From positions 1 to 64,000 of the forward strand of contig CBDCCS010000002.1 of NCBI GenBank assembly GCA_965214935.1: a stretch of 64,000 nucleotides of DNA, given 5' to 3'. The notes under the pieces were generated by a model. The model made no database searches. It was not told the DNA's origin and worked only from the letters and a program-made list of their open reading frames with translations. Both the position numbers and the translations under genes were made by a program. Source of the stretch: Candidatus Velthaea sp. Lineage in GTDB: Bacteria > Vulcanimicrobiota > Vulcanimicrobiia > Vulcanimicrobiales > Vulcanimicrobiaceae. Below are positions 51,586 to 61,047 of the stretch, one piece after another (position 1 is the stretch's first letter; each line of letters starts with the position of its first letter).

Positions 51586-52158
51586 GTGAAAGCGCGCATC
51601 GCACCGGCCGTGAAAGTGCCGCGCAAGCCCACACCTGCGGACAAGGTGCCGTTGCGAGTCCCGGCTCCGACACTCGACGATCACCTGGCGATCATGACGC
51701 GCGCGGTTTTCGCCGCAGGCCTATCATGGTCGGCGATCGACGTACGCTGGCACGCATTCGTCACCGCGTTTTCGCAGTTTGAGATACACGCCGTTGCCGC
51801 CTACGGTGACTTCGACGTCGAGCGCTTGATGGTGACGCCCGGTATCATCCATTCACGGAAGAAAATTGAAGGCAGCGTTCGCAATGCACGGACGCTGCTG
51901 CAACTTGCCGGTGGATTCCCGTCGATCTCTGCATACGTCGAACGGTTCGAGACGTATGCGCAGACGCTCGCCGACGTTCGCGAGCGGTTCGCATTCGTCG
52001 GCGATCTAAGTTGTTATTACTGGCTGTTTAGAACCGGACAGCGTGTGCCGCCGTTCGAGCGCTGGATCGAAACACAAAAAGCGGATCACCCGCGGATGCG
52101 CGAGATGATTCTTGCCGGACGAGAGGCCGGAACGTCGACCGAAACCGAGAGCTACTAG
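51586..52158 (+). CDS. DNA-3-methyladenine glycosylase I (Tag)-like protein
   Basis: VF.AGLSW..I..RW..F..AF..F....VA......VE.L....GII.S..KI.....NA...F.FVG. Start codon uncertain. Confidence 0.75.
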   Translation: MKARIAPAVKVPRKPTPADKVPLRVPAPTLDDHLAIMTRAVFAAGLSWSAIDVRWHAFVTAFSQFEIHAVAAYGDFDVERLMVTPGIIHSRKKIEGSVRNARTLLQLAGGFPSISAYVERFETYAQTLADVRERFAFVGDLSCYYWLFRTGQRVPPFERWIETQKADHPRMREMILAGREAGTSTETESY

Positions 52159-52544
52159 GCACCATGTGCTTTCGCTTCGCGATACTGTGCGATATGTTCG
52201 TAGACGTGATCGGGGAACTGCAGATCGCGGTACACATTTCCGGCATCGAGATCGTCGACGTTCGGGATGATCGGAAAATCCTGACGCGATTGAAAGTCTA
52301 AAATCTTCGCACGTTTGGGCGGGCTATAGTCGGCTTCTTCAACTTGCGCGATGAGCTGGCGCGCATCTTCCTCACCGAGCGTTTCATCTTTGGTCAATTC
52401 CGCGACGATCTCATCCGCCGATCCGAAATGCCGGGCGATCATCGTAAATACGAGCCGGCCGTAATGACCGATATCCTGTCCTTGACCGAGCGAATCGAGC
52501 AAATGAGTCATCATCGCATCGCGTCGTAATTCATCAACCATCAT
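52155..52544 (-). CDS. Hypothetical protein, 129 aa, resembling the primase PriL C-terminal domain / PriX fold
   Basis: M.HLL..L..G..IGHYGRLVF.......DEIV..L.......ARQLI......YSPP. The ORF is solid; the fold assignment is by eye. Confidence 0.6.
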   Translation of the reverse strand: MMVDELRRDAMMTHLLDSLGQGQDIGHYGRLVFTMIARHFGSADEIVAELTKDETLGEEDARQLIAQVEEADYSPPKRAKILDFQSRQDFPIIPNVDDLDAGNVYRDLQFPDHVYEHIAQYREAKAHGA

Positions 52545-52550
52545 ACGTCC

Positions 52551-52572
52551 AGTATACCCGAACGTACGTTCG
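52551..52572 (-). promoter_or_regulatory. LexA-type (Cheo) SOS box abutting the -10 element of a probably leaderless gene
   Basis: Perfect palindrome CGAAC-GTAC-GTTCG at 52559-52572; minus-strand TATACT at 52556-52551, 6 nt before ATG 52544. Confidence 0.72.
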
Positions 52573-52580
52573 CAAAACGC

Positions 52581-54011
52581 CTAATTTGCACTTCGCGGCG
52601 TAAAAGCTTGCTGCCGCTCGAGCGAACGCGGCGTAATGCCGTCGGCGCGCAGCCGGATCGCAAACGACGTACCGTTCGTTGCGGATTCAACCAGCGCTAG
52701 ATTGCCGCCCGCGCGTTCGACTGCGCGCTTCGCAATCGCAAGCCCAAGGCCCGACCCCTCGATATCACCGCGCCGCGAACCACGAAAAAAACGGTCGAAG
52801 ATTGCATCGCGTTCGCCCGGTAATATACCCGGCCCGCTGTCGGAGATACGAATTTCAACTCCGGATGCATGCGCGCTCACGCGGATCGCGATCGGTGAGC
52901 CGGGCGCATATTTGGTCGCATTATCGACGATATTGGCAAGCGCTTCGTACAAATCGCCGCGATTACCGATGATCGTGGCATCGACTTCGATTGCAAGGTC
53001 GAAGCGCTGGGCGACGATTTCGCGACGCGTGCCGATGATATCGTTCTCGATTAAAGCCGTTAAGTCGAACGGCTCGGCCGGCCGTACGTCCTCGCCTTCA
53101 AGCCGGGCCAGCAATACGAGGTTATCGATGAGCGTCCGCATACGCGTTCCCTCGATGGCAATCGTCGAGAAAATTCGTCGCGAGCGCTCGTCGTCCGGAG
53201 CGCGCCGCTTGAGCATATCGATGTACCCGAGTACGATCGTCAGCGGGGTGCGAAGCTCGTGCCCGGCATCGGCGACGAATTGCCGCATCTGCGCTTCGGC
53301 CGCCGCACGTTCATCGAATGCCGCCTCGACTTGAGCGGCCGCGGCATTGTACGCGCGGGCGAGCTGATCGAATTCGCTGCGACCGGCGATCGTGATCGGC
53401 GCGGCACTGAAGTCGCGCCCCGCAAAACGCGTCAGCGCCGATGTTACGTCGTAGAGCGGACGCAGCGCTTGCAAGGTGATGTACCGGCCGATCGCCCAGG
53501 CAACGAGGCCCGCGAGCGCGCCGGTGAGAACGAGAATACCAATCGAGATTCCGACGATCGTCCGCACCCGAGCGAGGTCCGCGAAGACGACGCTCAGCCC
53601 GCCGAGATACGGGCGCCGGATCGGCCGGATACCGAGAAACGTCGCCGCGAGGAAGCCGAGCCGGTCGTTATAGAAGGCGCGCCCGGGCACCGGCGGCGCA
53701 CCCGCAACGCCGCGCCGGTCCGGCGGCCGGGGCGCAAAATAGGGTGGCCGCGGGATTGCTTGTATCGAGATACCCGGCCGTGCGACGCGGCGAACGAGCA
53801 ATTGCGAGCCGGCGGCCCAGTCATCGCGATCGGCGCGTGCCCGCGCTTCAATGTCGGGTATCTGACGACCGACGGCTTCGATCTGTTCGTTCGTCTCGCG
53901 AGCGTAGAGAAATAACGCCGCGAGCATCACCGAACCGGCTAAGAGCAGCACGAGCAATGTTGCGACCACGACGTACCAAGCCGTTAAACGGCGAGCGAGC
54001 GAAGCGAACAT
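52581..54011 (-). CDS. HAMP-containing sensor histidine kinase
   Basis: Two transmembrane helices, HAMP, DAGHELRTPLT H-box, NIVDNA.KY, D.GPGI, F.RF.R, GSGLGLAI. Confidence 0.93.
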   Translation of the reverse strand: MFASLARRLTAWYVVVATLLVLLLAGSVMLAALFLYARETNEQIEAVGRQIPDIEARARADRDDWAAGSQLLVRRVARPGISIQAIPRPPYFAPRPPDRRGVAGAPPVPGRAFYNDRLGFLAATFLGIRPIRRPYLGGLSVVFADLARVRTIVGISIGILVLTGALAGLVAWAIGRYITLQALRPLYDVTSALTRFAGRDFSAAPITIAGRSEFDQLARAYNAAAAQVEAAFDERAAAEAQMRQFVADAGHELRTPLTIVLGYIDMLKRRAPDDERSRRIFSTIAIEGTRMRTLIDNLVLLARLEGEDVRPAEPFDLTALIENDIIGTRREIVAQRFDLAIEVDATIIGNRGDLYEALANIVDNATKYAPGSPIAIRVSAHASGVEIRISDSGPGILPGERDAIFDRFFRGSRRGDIEGSGLGLAIAKRAVERAGGNLALVESATNGTSFAIRLRADGITPRSLERQQAFTPRSAN

Positions 54012-54688
54012 TACTGGGCCCGCAACGCATAACCCGCACCCCGGATCGTGCGAATTAATTTCGGCTCGAAGTTTGCGTCTATTTTCGCGCGAAGATACGA
54101 GACATACGTCTCGACGGCGCCCGGACCGACGTCCCGATCGCTGCCCCAAACGAGATCGAGCAGCTGATCGCGCGTAAACACCCGCTCGGGATTGCGTGCA
54201 AAGGTTACCAGCAGCGCGTATTCACGCGCCGAAAGGTCGATGCGCTCCTTGCCGCGTCGCACATCGCGCCGGTCGAGGTCGATGGTAAGATCGGCATAAC
54301 TGACAATCGAGGGATGCTCGAGCCGCGGCCGGCGCAACGCCGTGTGCAGCCGAGCGAGCAACTCCGAAACCTCGAATGGTTTGGCGATATAGTCGTCCGC
54401 GCCGCGCCGCAAACCCGTGATGCGATCGTCGGTATCGGCTTTTGCACTCAACATTAAAATCGGCGCCTCGGTAAAGCGCCGCAGCATCGGCAACAGATCG
54501 AGTCCGTTGACTTGCGGCAGCATAACGTCGAGCACGATGGCATCCGGTCGCCAATCGCGGACGAGCGCCAGCCCTGCGGGACCGTCGCCGGCAGACCGGA
54601 CCTCGAAGCCGTCCTCCCCAAGCGCCAGTTCCAGCAGTTCTCGAAGATGACGTTCGTCATCGATGACGGCTATACGCGGCGTCGGCAT
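54011..54688 (-). CDS. OmpR/MprA-family response regulator
   Basis: IDDE, LDVMLP, GADDY..KPF, LS.RE..LL, VETYVSYLR.K, TIRG.GY. Confidence 0.95.
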   Translation of the reverse strand: MPTPRIAVIDDERHLRELLELALGEDGFEVRSAGDGPAGLALVRDWRPDAIVLDVMLPQVNGLDLLPMLRRFTEAPILMLSAKADTDDRITGLRRGADDYIAKPFEVSELLARLHTALRRPRLEHPSIVSYADLTIDLDRRDVRRGKERIDLSAREYALLVTFARNPERVFTRDQLLDLVWGSDRDVGPGAVETYVSYLRAKIDANFEPKLIRTIRGAGYALRAQ

Positions 54689-54692
54689 CGTC

Positions 54693-57600
54693 TTAGTGTT
54701 TCAAACTTCCGCCGCCGGTTCCCAGTTCGGTGGGACGGACGGCAAATAGACCGACCTGCGGCGCATACCCGACTCCAAGCCGCCCGCGAAAGGCGGTATA
54801 GCCGGCAGTCAATGCAGCGTCTTGCGTCAGCGCCGAGAAATACGCGCAGTTCAAGGTCGAGCGAAATCCCGCAAACGCAGCCCGGCGCTGCGGATCGGGC
54901 GCTGACCGCACGCTTCCGCCCGGCGCCTCACGTGAGCCGTCGACCGTCAGCCGCTCGTGTTGAGCGTTAGCGGGCGGGGGTCCGCCGCCCGCATCGGAGC
55001 CGCCCGCCAGCTCATGACCGGCAGGCGGCGTATTCGCGTTCAGATCGCGCGTGCCGCCAACATCCGGCCGCATCTCCAAGTACCAATCGGCCCCGCGAAC
55101 GCTGCCGTGCGGAACGAGCGCTATGCCCGTGACGGGCGAAAGCGGCTGTCCGGCGGCGAAGGCCGCCGCGGCCGCCCGCAGTTGCGTCAAGACCGGCCGA
55201 GCAAGCGCGGCATCGGCGGCAGTGCAACTTTGCCGCTTGTCCGCAACGGAAAGCGGATCGATACCGGGCGGCGGCGGAAACGGTGTAAACGCCCCTAAGC
55301 CCCGATTGCGCTGAGCTGCGCCGGTCTCGGCGACTGTCGGCACCGCCGCCGATGCAGTTGCTCGGCGTCCGGGCAACGCATGTCCGGCGCCGCGCACGGC
55401 GCCGGTATTGAATGAATAGGTGAGGCTGAACTCACGCGGTGGATTCGGATTTGCCGCGAGCAGCAGCGAGCCGCCGCCGCTCGTTGCAATCGGCTGGGCG
55501 AACGCCGCACTCGACAGCACGCCCGACTCGGTGTTGAAGACGTTTGTTTCAAGCAACGCAATGCGTCCGATGCCCAGCGCGTGCGAAGCGCCGAGGCTCA
55601 ACAACGCGTAGGGGTCGATGTGCTGTGAATTGTTTGAACCGACGTACTGCACGTTTGCGAGGAGCTCTAAGCCCGCAGCCGGCAGGTCGCCATCGAGCGT
55701 AAGATTGCCGCGATGCACCGGCCGGCCCGGTATTTGCGCACCGACGATCGTCGTGCTGCTCAGTTGCGCTAACCGCGCATCGGCGGCCGTCACGCTGGCG
55801 CCGTTGGTTTGATAACTCGGCAGCGCCACAAGGTGCGGCCCGAGTGCAATTCGTCCGCTTAGCGTAAAGCCCTCATAGACACGCGTCGTATCGCCGATCG
55901 GTTCGTTGACGTAGACGTTGGCCGGATCGAGCACCGCAGCCGGACCGCAGGTGTATGGCGAAGTAAAGTAGTTCTGTAAGGCTGCGACGTACGGGCTCGC
56001 TGCCGTGAAGCCGAGCCCTGCGGCGACGATTTGTGCGTTTACGAGCTGATCCGCCTGGCTTTGATGATAGACGTCCAAACTCAAAGAACCGAACTTCCAA
56101 TCATGCGTCCAGCTCGCATCGTAACTGATGGCAGATTGACGGCCGGCGAGATCGCCGGGTCCGTTCACTTCGGCGGTTCCGGCCGCGCAGTTGAAACGCG
56201 CTGCGGCGGGATCGCTGAACGTGCGGACCAAACCTGCCGCCGGTTGGGAACTGCCGACGCTTAACGAGGCGGCGTAGGTATCGTTGCCGGTGGGACGCCA
56301 CGTGCCGCCGAGGCCGCCCAGTAACGATGTTCCCGAACCGTTCGTACTTGCCAGCGAAACGTTCGGTCCGAGCGACAGCCGATCGTTTATCTTGTACAGA
56401 TCCGAGAGTGCGTAAGTTTGCGAACCGGTTCCCGCGGTCGAGCCGATGACGAACGCACTTGAGTTGACCGTCGGCATGAAATTCGTGACCGACGCATACG
56501 TCGAGCCGTGCAAGCTGAAGGTCGAGCGTCCGACATCGACGGTAGATAAAAAGGCGATGCCGCGCGAAAGCGTCTTCGTCGTCGTTACCAGCGGCGACGC
56601 AACGCCGTCGACATAGCGCAAGGCATCGTTCTGATTGCCGTCGGTCGAGTTGACGTACGTCGATAGACTCGTCGTTACATTACCGACTAGCGACTGTACG
56701 GTACCGTAGACGAATTGATATTTGTTCGCGTTTGTATTCCCCGGACCCGTACCGCACGGTAAGATCGTGACGTCTTGGGTGCATAAGGACGACGTGCCGC
56801 GATCGTTTTGCAACGCCGTGAGATTAAGCGTCGTTCGATCGTCGAGTGCATAACGCAGCTTTAGAAAATTGCCGGCTTGACTGGATTCGCCGGCATGCGG
56901 ATAGGTCAGGCCGCTTTGATCGGTATACGTCGCGAATGTCAGCGGGTTGTCCGACTCGCGCAGCGTGTGCAGCAGCGCGATACCTAATTTTCCGAACGAA
57001 CCGGTTTCGCCGAATTGATAGTTGAATCGGTCGAAGGTACCGTACGAGGTTGACGCCTGCGAGACCCAGGTTTGCGTCGGCTGCAAGGTGCGAAAATTGA
57101 CGGCTCCGCCGAGCGAACCGGCCTGCGCGGCGAAACTCACGCTCGCGCCGCCGAAAAGGTCGGTATTGAGCGACCGCAGATCGGTTGCCGAACCCGGCGC
57201 TCCGAGCGGAATACCGTCAAGGGTGATCGCCGTTTGCGATTCATCGTGACCGTTGAGCGAGATCGTTTGCGCAGCATCCGGATCGTTCGAGCTTTGCGTG
57301 ACGTCGACGCCGGCAATTTTACCGAGCGCATCGGTAAGCGAGTCGGAAACTTTGCGGATCGAACTATCGGCATCGACGTCGTGCGTGCTGATCGAAACTC
57401 GGGCGCTCACCCGTCCGATGACCTTCACACCGTTTGCCGTCGCAAGCGCGCCCGACGGCACATCGGCGCGCGCAACGGCAGCCGCCAGATTGACATCGAT
57501 GTCGACTTCCTTATTACCTAAGATCTCGAACTGCGCCGACGTGCTGCCGCCGAAACCGGATTTGCTGACGCGCACGCGATACAGTCCCGACGGCACGTCG

Positions 57601-57827
57601 GTATATTTAACGCTGCCGCTTCTATTCGTCAATGCCGATGCTTGCGTCGCCCCGAGCAGCACGATGCGCGCGTCGGCCAACGGTGCCTTGCTCGTCGCAT
57701 CGACGACGGTGATGCTGATGATTCCGGTCTCTTGCGAGCTTTGTGCGCGCACCGGCGGGGATACGAGTGTCGCACATACCGCCAGCAAGATGATCATGAC
57801 GCGCAAAAGCGGCGGCAGCCTATGCAT
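54693..57827 (-). CDS. TonB-dependent receptor-like protein with N-terminal carboxypeptidase-regulatory-like domain and a C-terminal extension
   Basis: Signal peptide, G.I...V.D.....L..A, G.Y.V.VS..GF, plug ISL.G......I.LDG.P...GG.VNF.T, beta-strand-rich body, NVFN...PREFSLTYSF. Confidence 0.72.
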   Translation of the reverse strand: MHRLPPLLRVMIILLAVCATLVSPPVRAQSSQETGIISITVVDATSKAPLADARIVLLGATQASALTNRSGSVKYTDVPSGLYRVRVSKSGFGGSTSAQFEILGNKEVDIDVNLAAAVARADVPSGALATANGVKVIGRVSARVSISTHDVDADSSIRKVSDSLTDALGKIAGVDVTQSSNDPDAAQTISLNGHDESQTAITLDGIPLGAPGSATDLRSLNTDLFGGASVSFAAQAGSLGGAVNFRTLQPTQTWVSQASTSYGTFDRFNYQFGETGSFGKLGIALLHTLRESDNPLTFATYTDQSGLTYPHAGESSQAGNFLKLRYALDDRTTLNLTALQNDRGTSSLCTQDVTILPCGTGPGNTNANKYQFVYGTVQSLVGNVTTSLSTYVNSTDGNQNDALRYVDGVASPLVTTTKTLSRGIAFLSTVDVGRSTFSLHGSTYASVTNFMPTVNSSAFVIGSTAGTGSQTYALSDLYKINDRLSLGPNVSLASTNGSGTSLLGGLGGTWRPTGNDTYAASLSVGSSQPAAGLVRTFSDPAAARFNCAAGTAEVNGPGDLAGRQSAISYDASWTHDWKFGSLSLDVYHQSQADQLVNAQIVAAGLGFTAASPYVAALQNYFTSPYTCGPAAVLDPANVYVNEPIGDTTRVYEGFTLSGRIALGPHLVALPSYQTNGASVTAADARLAQLSSTTIVGAQIPGRPVHRGNLTLDGDLPAAGLELLANVQYVGSNNSQHIDPYALLSLGASHALGIGRIALLETNVFNTESGVLSSAAFAQPIATSGGGSLLLAANPNPPREFSLTYSFNTGAVRGAGHALPGRRATASAAVPTVAETGAAQRNRGLGAFTPFPPPPGIDPLSVADKRQSCTAADAALARPVLTQLRAAAAAFAAGQPLSPVTGIALVPHGSVRGADWYLEMRPDVGGTRDLNANTPPAGHELAGGSDAGGGPPPANAQHERLTVDGSREAPGGSVRSAPDPQRRAAFAGFRSTLNCAYFSALTQDAALTAGYTAFRGRLGVGYAPQVGLFAVRPTELGTGGGSLKH

Positions 57828-57870
57828 CGGGCTCGATCGTCGCATACCGACCTGGGATGGCCCTAAGAGC

Positions 57871-59703
57871 TTACGTTCCGGAAGCGTGGCCGCGTAGCGC
57901 TGCAATGGCATCTAAGAATCGCTCGCCGAAGTCGGCGAGCTTCTTGTCGCCGACGCCGCTGATGGCCCGCATTTCGCTCAGCGTGCGCGGCGCCTCGCGC
58001 GCCATCGCGCGTAGCACCGCGTCGCTGAAGATATGGAACGCGGGTACATCGCGCCGGTCGGCAAGCGCCTTGCGTACGACGCGTAATGCGGCAAAGATTT
58101 CCACGTCGTAATCGCCGTCGCCATCAGCCGACTGCTTCGTGCGTGCTTTGACCGGGGCGATCGCGGCCGCCCGGATCGAGATCGGCGCGCGTTCGGCGAG
58201 CGCACGCCGACCGGCGGCCGTCAGCGTTACGACATTGTACCGAGCGGAATCGGCCGCGATCAGATCCAGCCGCACGAGTTCGCCGGCCAGGTGCCGCCAC
58301 GCCGGCCGGCTTACATCGGCGCCGATCCCGAAGGTCGAGAGCTGCGCATGTCCCCAGCGCTCGATCTTTTCATTGTACGAACCGAGCAACACGTCGATGA
58401 TGTGCGATATGCCGAACTCGCCGCCGTTCTTTTGTCGAATCCGATAGATGCAGGACAACATCTTCTGCGCCGGGAGCGTCATCTCGACCGCCGGCCGGGG
58501 CTCCAAACAGTTGTCGCACGCACCGCAGTCGCCGGCCGCCAACGCTTCACCGAAGTACGCCAGCAGTTCGCGCCGGCGGCAGCCATCGGCATAGGCGTAA
58601 CGCGTCATCTGCTCGAGTTGTGCGCGCGCAACCGCCTGTTCTGCGGCATCGGCCTTGTCGGCCAAGAAGCGCTCGTATTTATTTATGTCGCCGTGACTAA
58701 AGAACAGCAGACAATCGGCGGGCAAGCCGTCGCGGCCGGCGCGGCCGGTTTCTTGATAATAACCTTCAACATTCTTCGGCATGTCGTAATGCACGACGAA
58801 GCGCACGTTTGACTTGTTGATCCCCATTCCGAATGCAACGGTCGCACAGACGACACGAATATCATCGCGTAAAAACCGATCCTGATTGCGCGAGCGGATT
58901 TCGGGCGCCAACCCGGCGTGATACGGCACGGCGGAAATGCCGCTCCCGACGAGCTTGGCGGCAAGCATTTCCGTCGACGCACGGCTTTGCACGTAGACGA
59001 TGCCGGCCTCATCGGGCCGCTTTCGCAGCCAGGCAACGAGCGAATCGGCGGCTCGCACCTTCGGCGTCACCCGATACGTGAGGTTCGGCCGGTTGAAGCT
59101 GGCGACATAGACGCGCGGGTTGCGCAAGGCGAGCCGGTCGATGATGTCGGCTCGCACCCGGTCGGTTGCCGTTGCGGTCAACGCGATAAACGGCTGGTCG
59201 GCAAAGCGCCGCCGCAATTCGGCGATGCGCCGGTACTCCGGCCGGAAGTCGTGGCCCCACTCGCTGATGCAATGTGCCTCGTCGACGGCAAAGCGCGCAA
59301 CGTTCCAGCGCTCGAGGTCGGCGGCGAACCCGGGTTGCGCGAGACGCTCGGGCGCAACGTACAACAAGCGATATGCGCCGGCGTCCAGACCGCGTAAGCG
59401 TGCCCGGACGCCGTCGTATTCGAGCGATGAATTCAGGTACGTCGCCGGTATGCCCGCCGTGGTCAGGGCATCCACCTGATCTTTCATCAACGCAATGAGC
59501 GGTGAAATGACGACGGTAAGTCCGCTACCGACGAGCGCGGGTAATTGAAAACACAACGATTTTCCGCCGCCCGTCGGCAGCAGCGCGAACACATCTCGGC
59601 CGGCTAGAACATCTTCGACGATTTCAGCTTGCAGCGGCCGAAAAGCATCGAAGCCGAAATGGTGTTTGAGCGCATCATGCAACGCGCCGTCCGCAACGGT
59701 CAT
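57871..59703 (-). CDS. recQ: ATP-dependent DNA helicase RecQ
   Basis: FG...FRP.Q, PTGGGKSLCFQLP, VDEAHCISEWGHDFRP, TATA, ATVAFGMGI, QETGRAGRDG, CRR...C..CDNC, RQC and HRDC domains. Confidence 0.96.
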   Translation of the reverse strand: MTVADGALHDALKHHFGFDAFRPLQAEIVEDVLAGRDVFALLPTGGGKSLCFQLPALVGSGLTVVISPLIALMKDQVDALTTAGIPATYLNSSLEYDGVRARLRGLDAGAYRLLYVAPERLAQPGFAADLERWNVARFAVDEAHCISEWGHDFRPEYRRIAELRRRFADQPFIALTATATDRVRADIIDRLALRNPRVYVASFNRPNLTYRVTPKVRAADSLVAWLRKRPDEAGIVYVQSRASTEMLAAKLVGSGISAVPYHAGLAPEIRSRNQDRFLRDDIRVVCATVAFGMGINKSNVRFVVHYDMPKNVEGYYQETGRAGRDGLPADCLLFFSHGDINKYERFLADKADAAEQAVARAQLEQMTRYAYADGCRRRELLAYFGEALAAGDCGACDNCLEPRPAVEMTLPAQKMLSCIYRIRQKNGGEFGISHIIDVLLGSYNEKIERWGHAQLSTFGIGADVSRPAWRHLAGELVRLDLIAADSARYNVVTLTAAGRRALAERAPISIRAAAIAPVKARTKQSADGDGDYDVEIFAALRVVRKALADRRDVPAFHIFSDAVLRAMAREAPRTLSEMRAISGVGDKKLADFGERFLDAIAALRGHASGT

Positions 59704-59892
59704 GTCAACGGTCCTTCGACAACCGAGTTCCGCTTGCCGTCGAGGCGCCGCTTCGCATCGAAGCCTGTCCGAAACTGTACTAAATATCCGATCACGCACT
59801 CGTGTGGAGCGGCAAGCGGCCGGGCAATCCGCATTGGGACGACGAGCGTTGCAGGGATACCACTCCCGGCCGCACACCGAAGCAAACACACC

Positions 59893-61047
59893 ATGCCGTT
59901 ACTCTGGGCGATCGTCATCGTGCAGGCCGTGCTTGCCGTTCGCGTCGTCGCGCGCATGCTGCGCACCGCGACCGGCAAACAGCTCAGCATCGACGCGGAC
60001 AACACAAGTCCCGCCGGATGTATTTCCGTGATCGTACCGGTGCTCAATGAATTCGAGCGGCTCGGAACCTGTCTCGAACGGCTGATCGAATGCGGCCCCG
60101 AAGTGCGCGAGATCCTGGTCGTCGACGGCGGATCCGACGACGGCACGCTCGATGTCGTCGCGTCGTTTGCCGCGGCCGACCCGCGCGTACGTGCTATCGA
60201 CGCCGCGCCGGTCGCGCGCGGTTGGAACGGCAAGGCCTGGGGCCTAGAGAGCGGGCTGCACGCAGCATCGCCCGCATCAACCTGGATTGCTACGATCGAT
60301 GCGGACGTCCGCATCAAACCGGCGCTTTTCGCAACAATCGTTCCTTGGGCGCAACGTTGTGCGGTTCCGGCGTTAAGCATCGCAACCAAACAGGACCTCG
60401 GCGACCGCAGGTCGGGTCTCCTTCATCCGGCGATGCTCACCACGCTGGTCTACCGTTTTGGGTTACCGGGAAACGCCACCCGATCGGCCGGCGCCGTTCA
60501 GGCAAACGGGCAATGCTTTTTCGCCGAACGACAACTGCTCCTCAACACCAACGCGTTTTTCAAAGCACGCGCTTCAATATGCGAAGACGTCGAGATCGCA
60601 CGCATGCTTGCGCGCGCGCGACACCGGGTCGGCTTTTATGAAGCCGATACGCTCGCCGTCGTGCGCATGCACGACACCTGGCGCGAATTGTGGCTGAACT
60701 GGCCGCGCTCTCTCACCTTGCGCGACGGCATCTCCGTCTGGCACACGGCGATCGGCCTTGCCGAAATCTTTTTCGTTCAAGCTCTGCCGCTCGCATTCGT
60801 GCTGCTGTTGATGATGGGCGGCCACGATTCGCCGGCACGTGCCGTTGCTTACGGCTTCAATCTCGTGCTGGTCGGCATCCGGCTTGGCGTTTTGGCGGGA
60901 ACCTACCGTGCTTACCGGAACCCGCCGTGGACATATTGGCTCTCACTCTTTGCGGATCTGCCGGTGACGGCCGCACTTATCGTTAGCGCCCTCCGCCGCC
61001 GGCATACTTGGCGCGGGCGAACGCTGGTTTCGGATCGGATGACGTGA
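59893..61047 (+). CDS. GT2 glycosyltransferase, carotenoid (CruG/CrtQ-like) type
   Basis: N-terminal transmembrane helix, VDGGS.DGT, GW.GK.W, DADVR, ANGQ, ED, VRM...W..RSL, WRGR; adjacent to cruF. Confidence 0.8.
   Translation: MPLLWAIVIVQAVLAVRVVARMLRTATGKQLSIDADNTSPAGCISVIVPVLNEFERLGTCLERLIECGPEVREILVVDGGSDDGTLDVVASFAAADPRVRAIDAAPVARGWNGKAWGLESGLHAASPASTWIATIDADVRIKPALFATIVPWAQRCAVPALSIATKQDLGDRRSGLLHPAMLTTLVYRFGLPGNATRSAGAVQANGQCFFAERQLLLNTNAFFKARASICEDVEIARMLARARHRVGFYEADTLAVVRMHDTWRELWLNWPRSLTLRDGISVWHTAIGLAEIFFVQALPLAFVLLLMMGGHDSPARAVAYGFNLVLVGIRLGVLAGTYRAYRNPPWTYWLSLFADLPVTAALIVSALRRRHTWRGRTLVSDRMT

Noticed and set aside
59704..59892. LexA box upstream of recQ
   Set aside because: Only a GTTC half-site is present; no GAAC-N4-GTTC.
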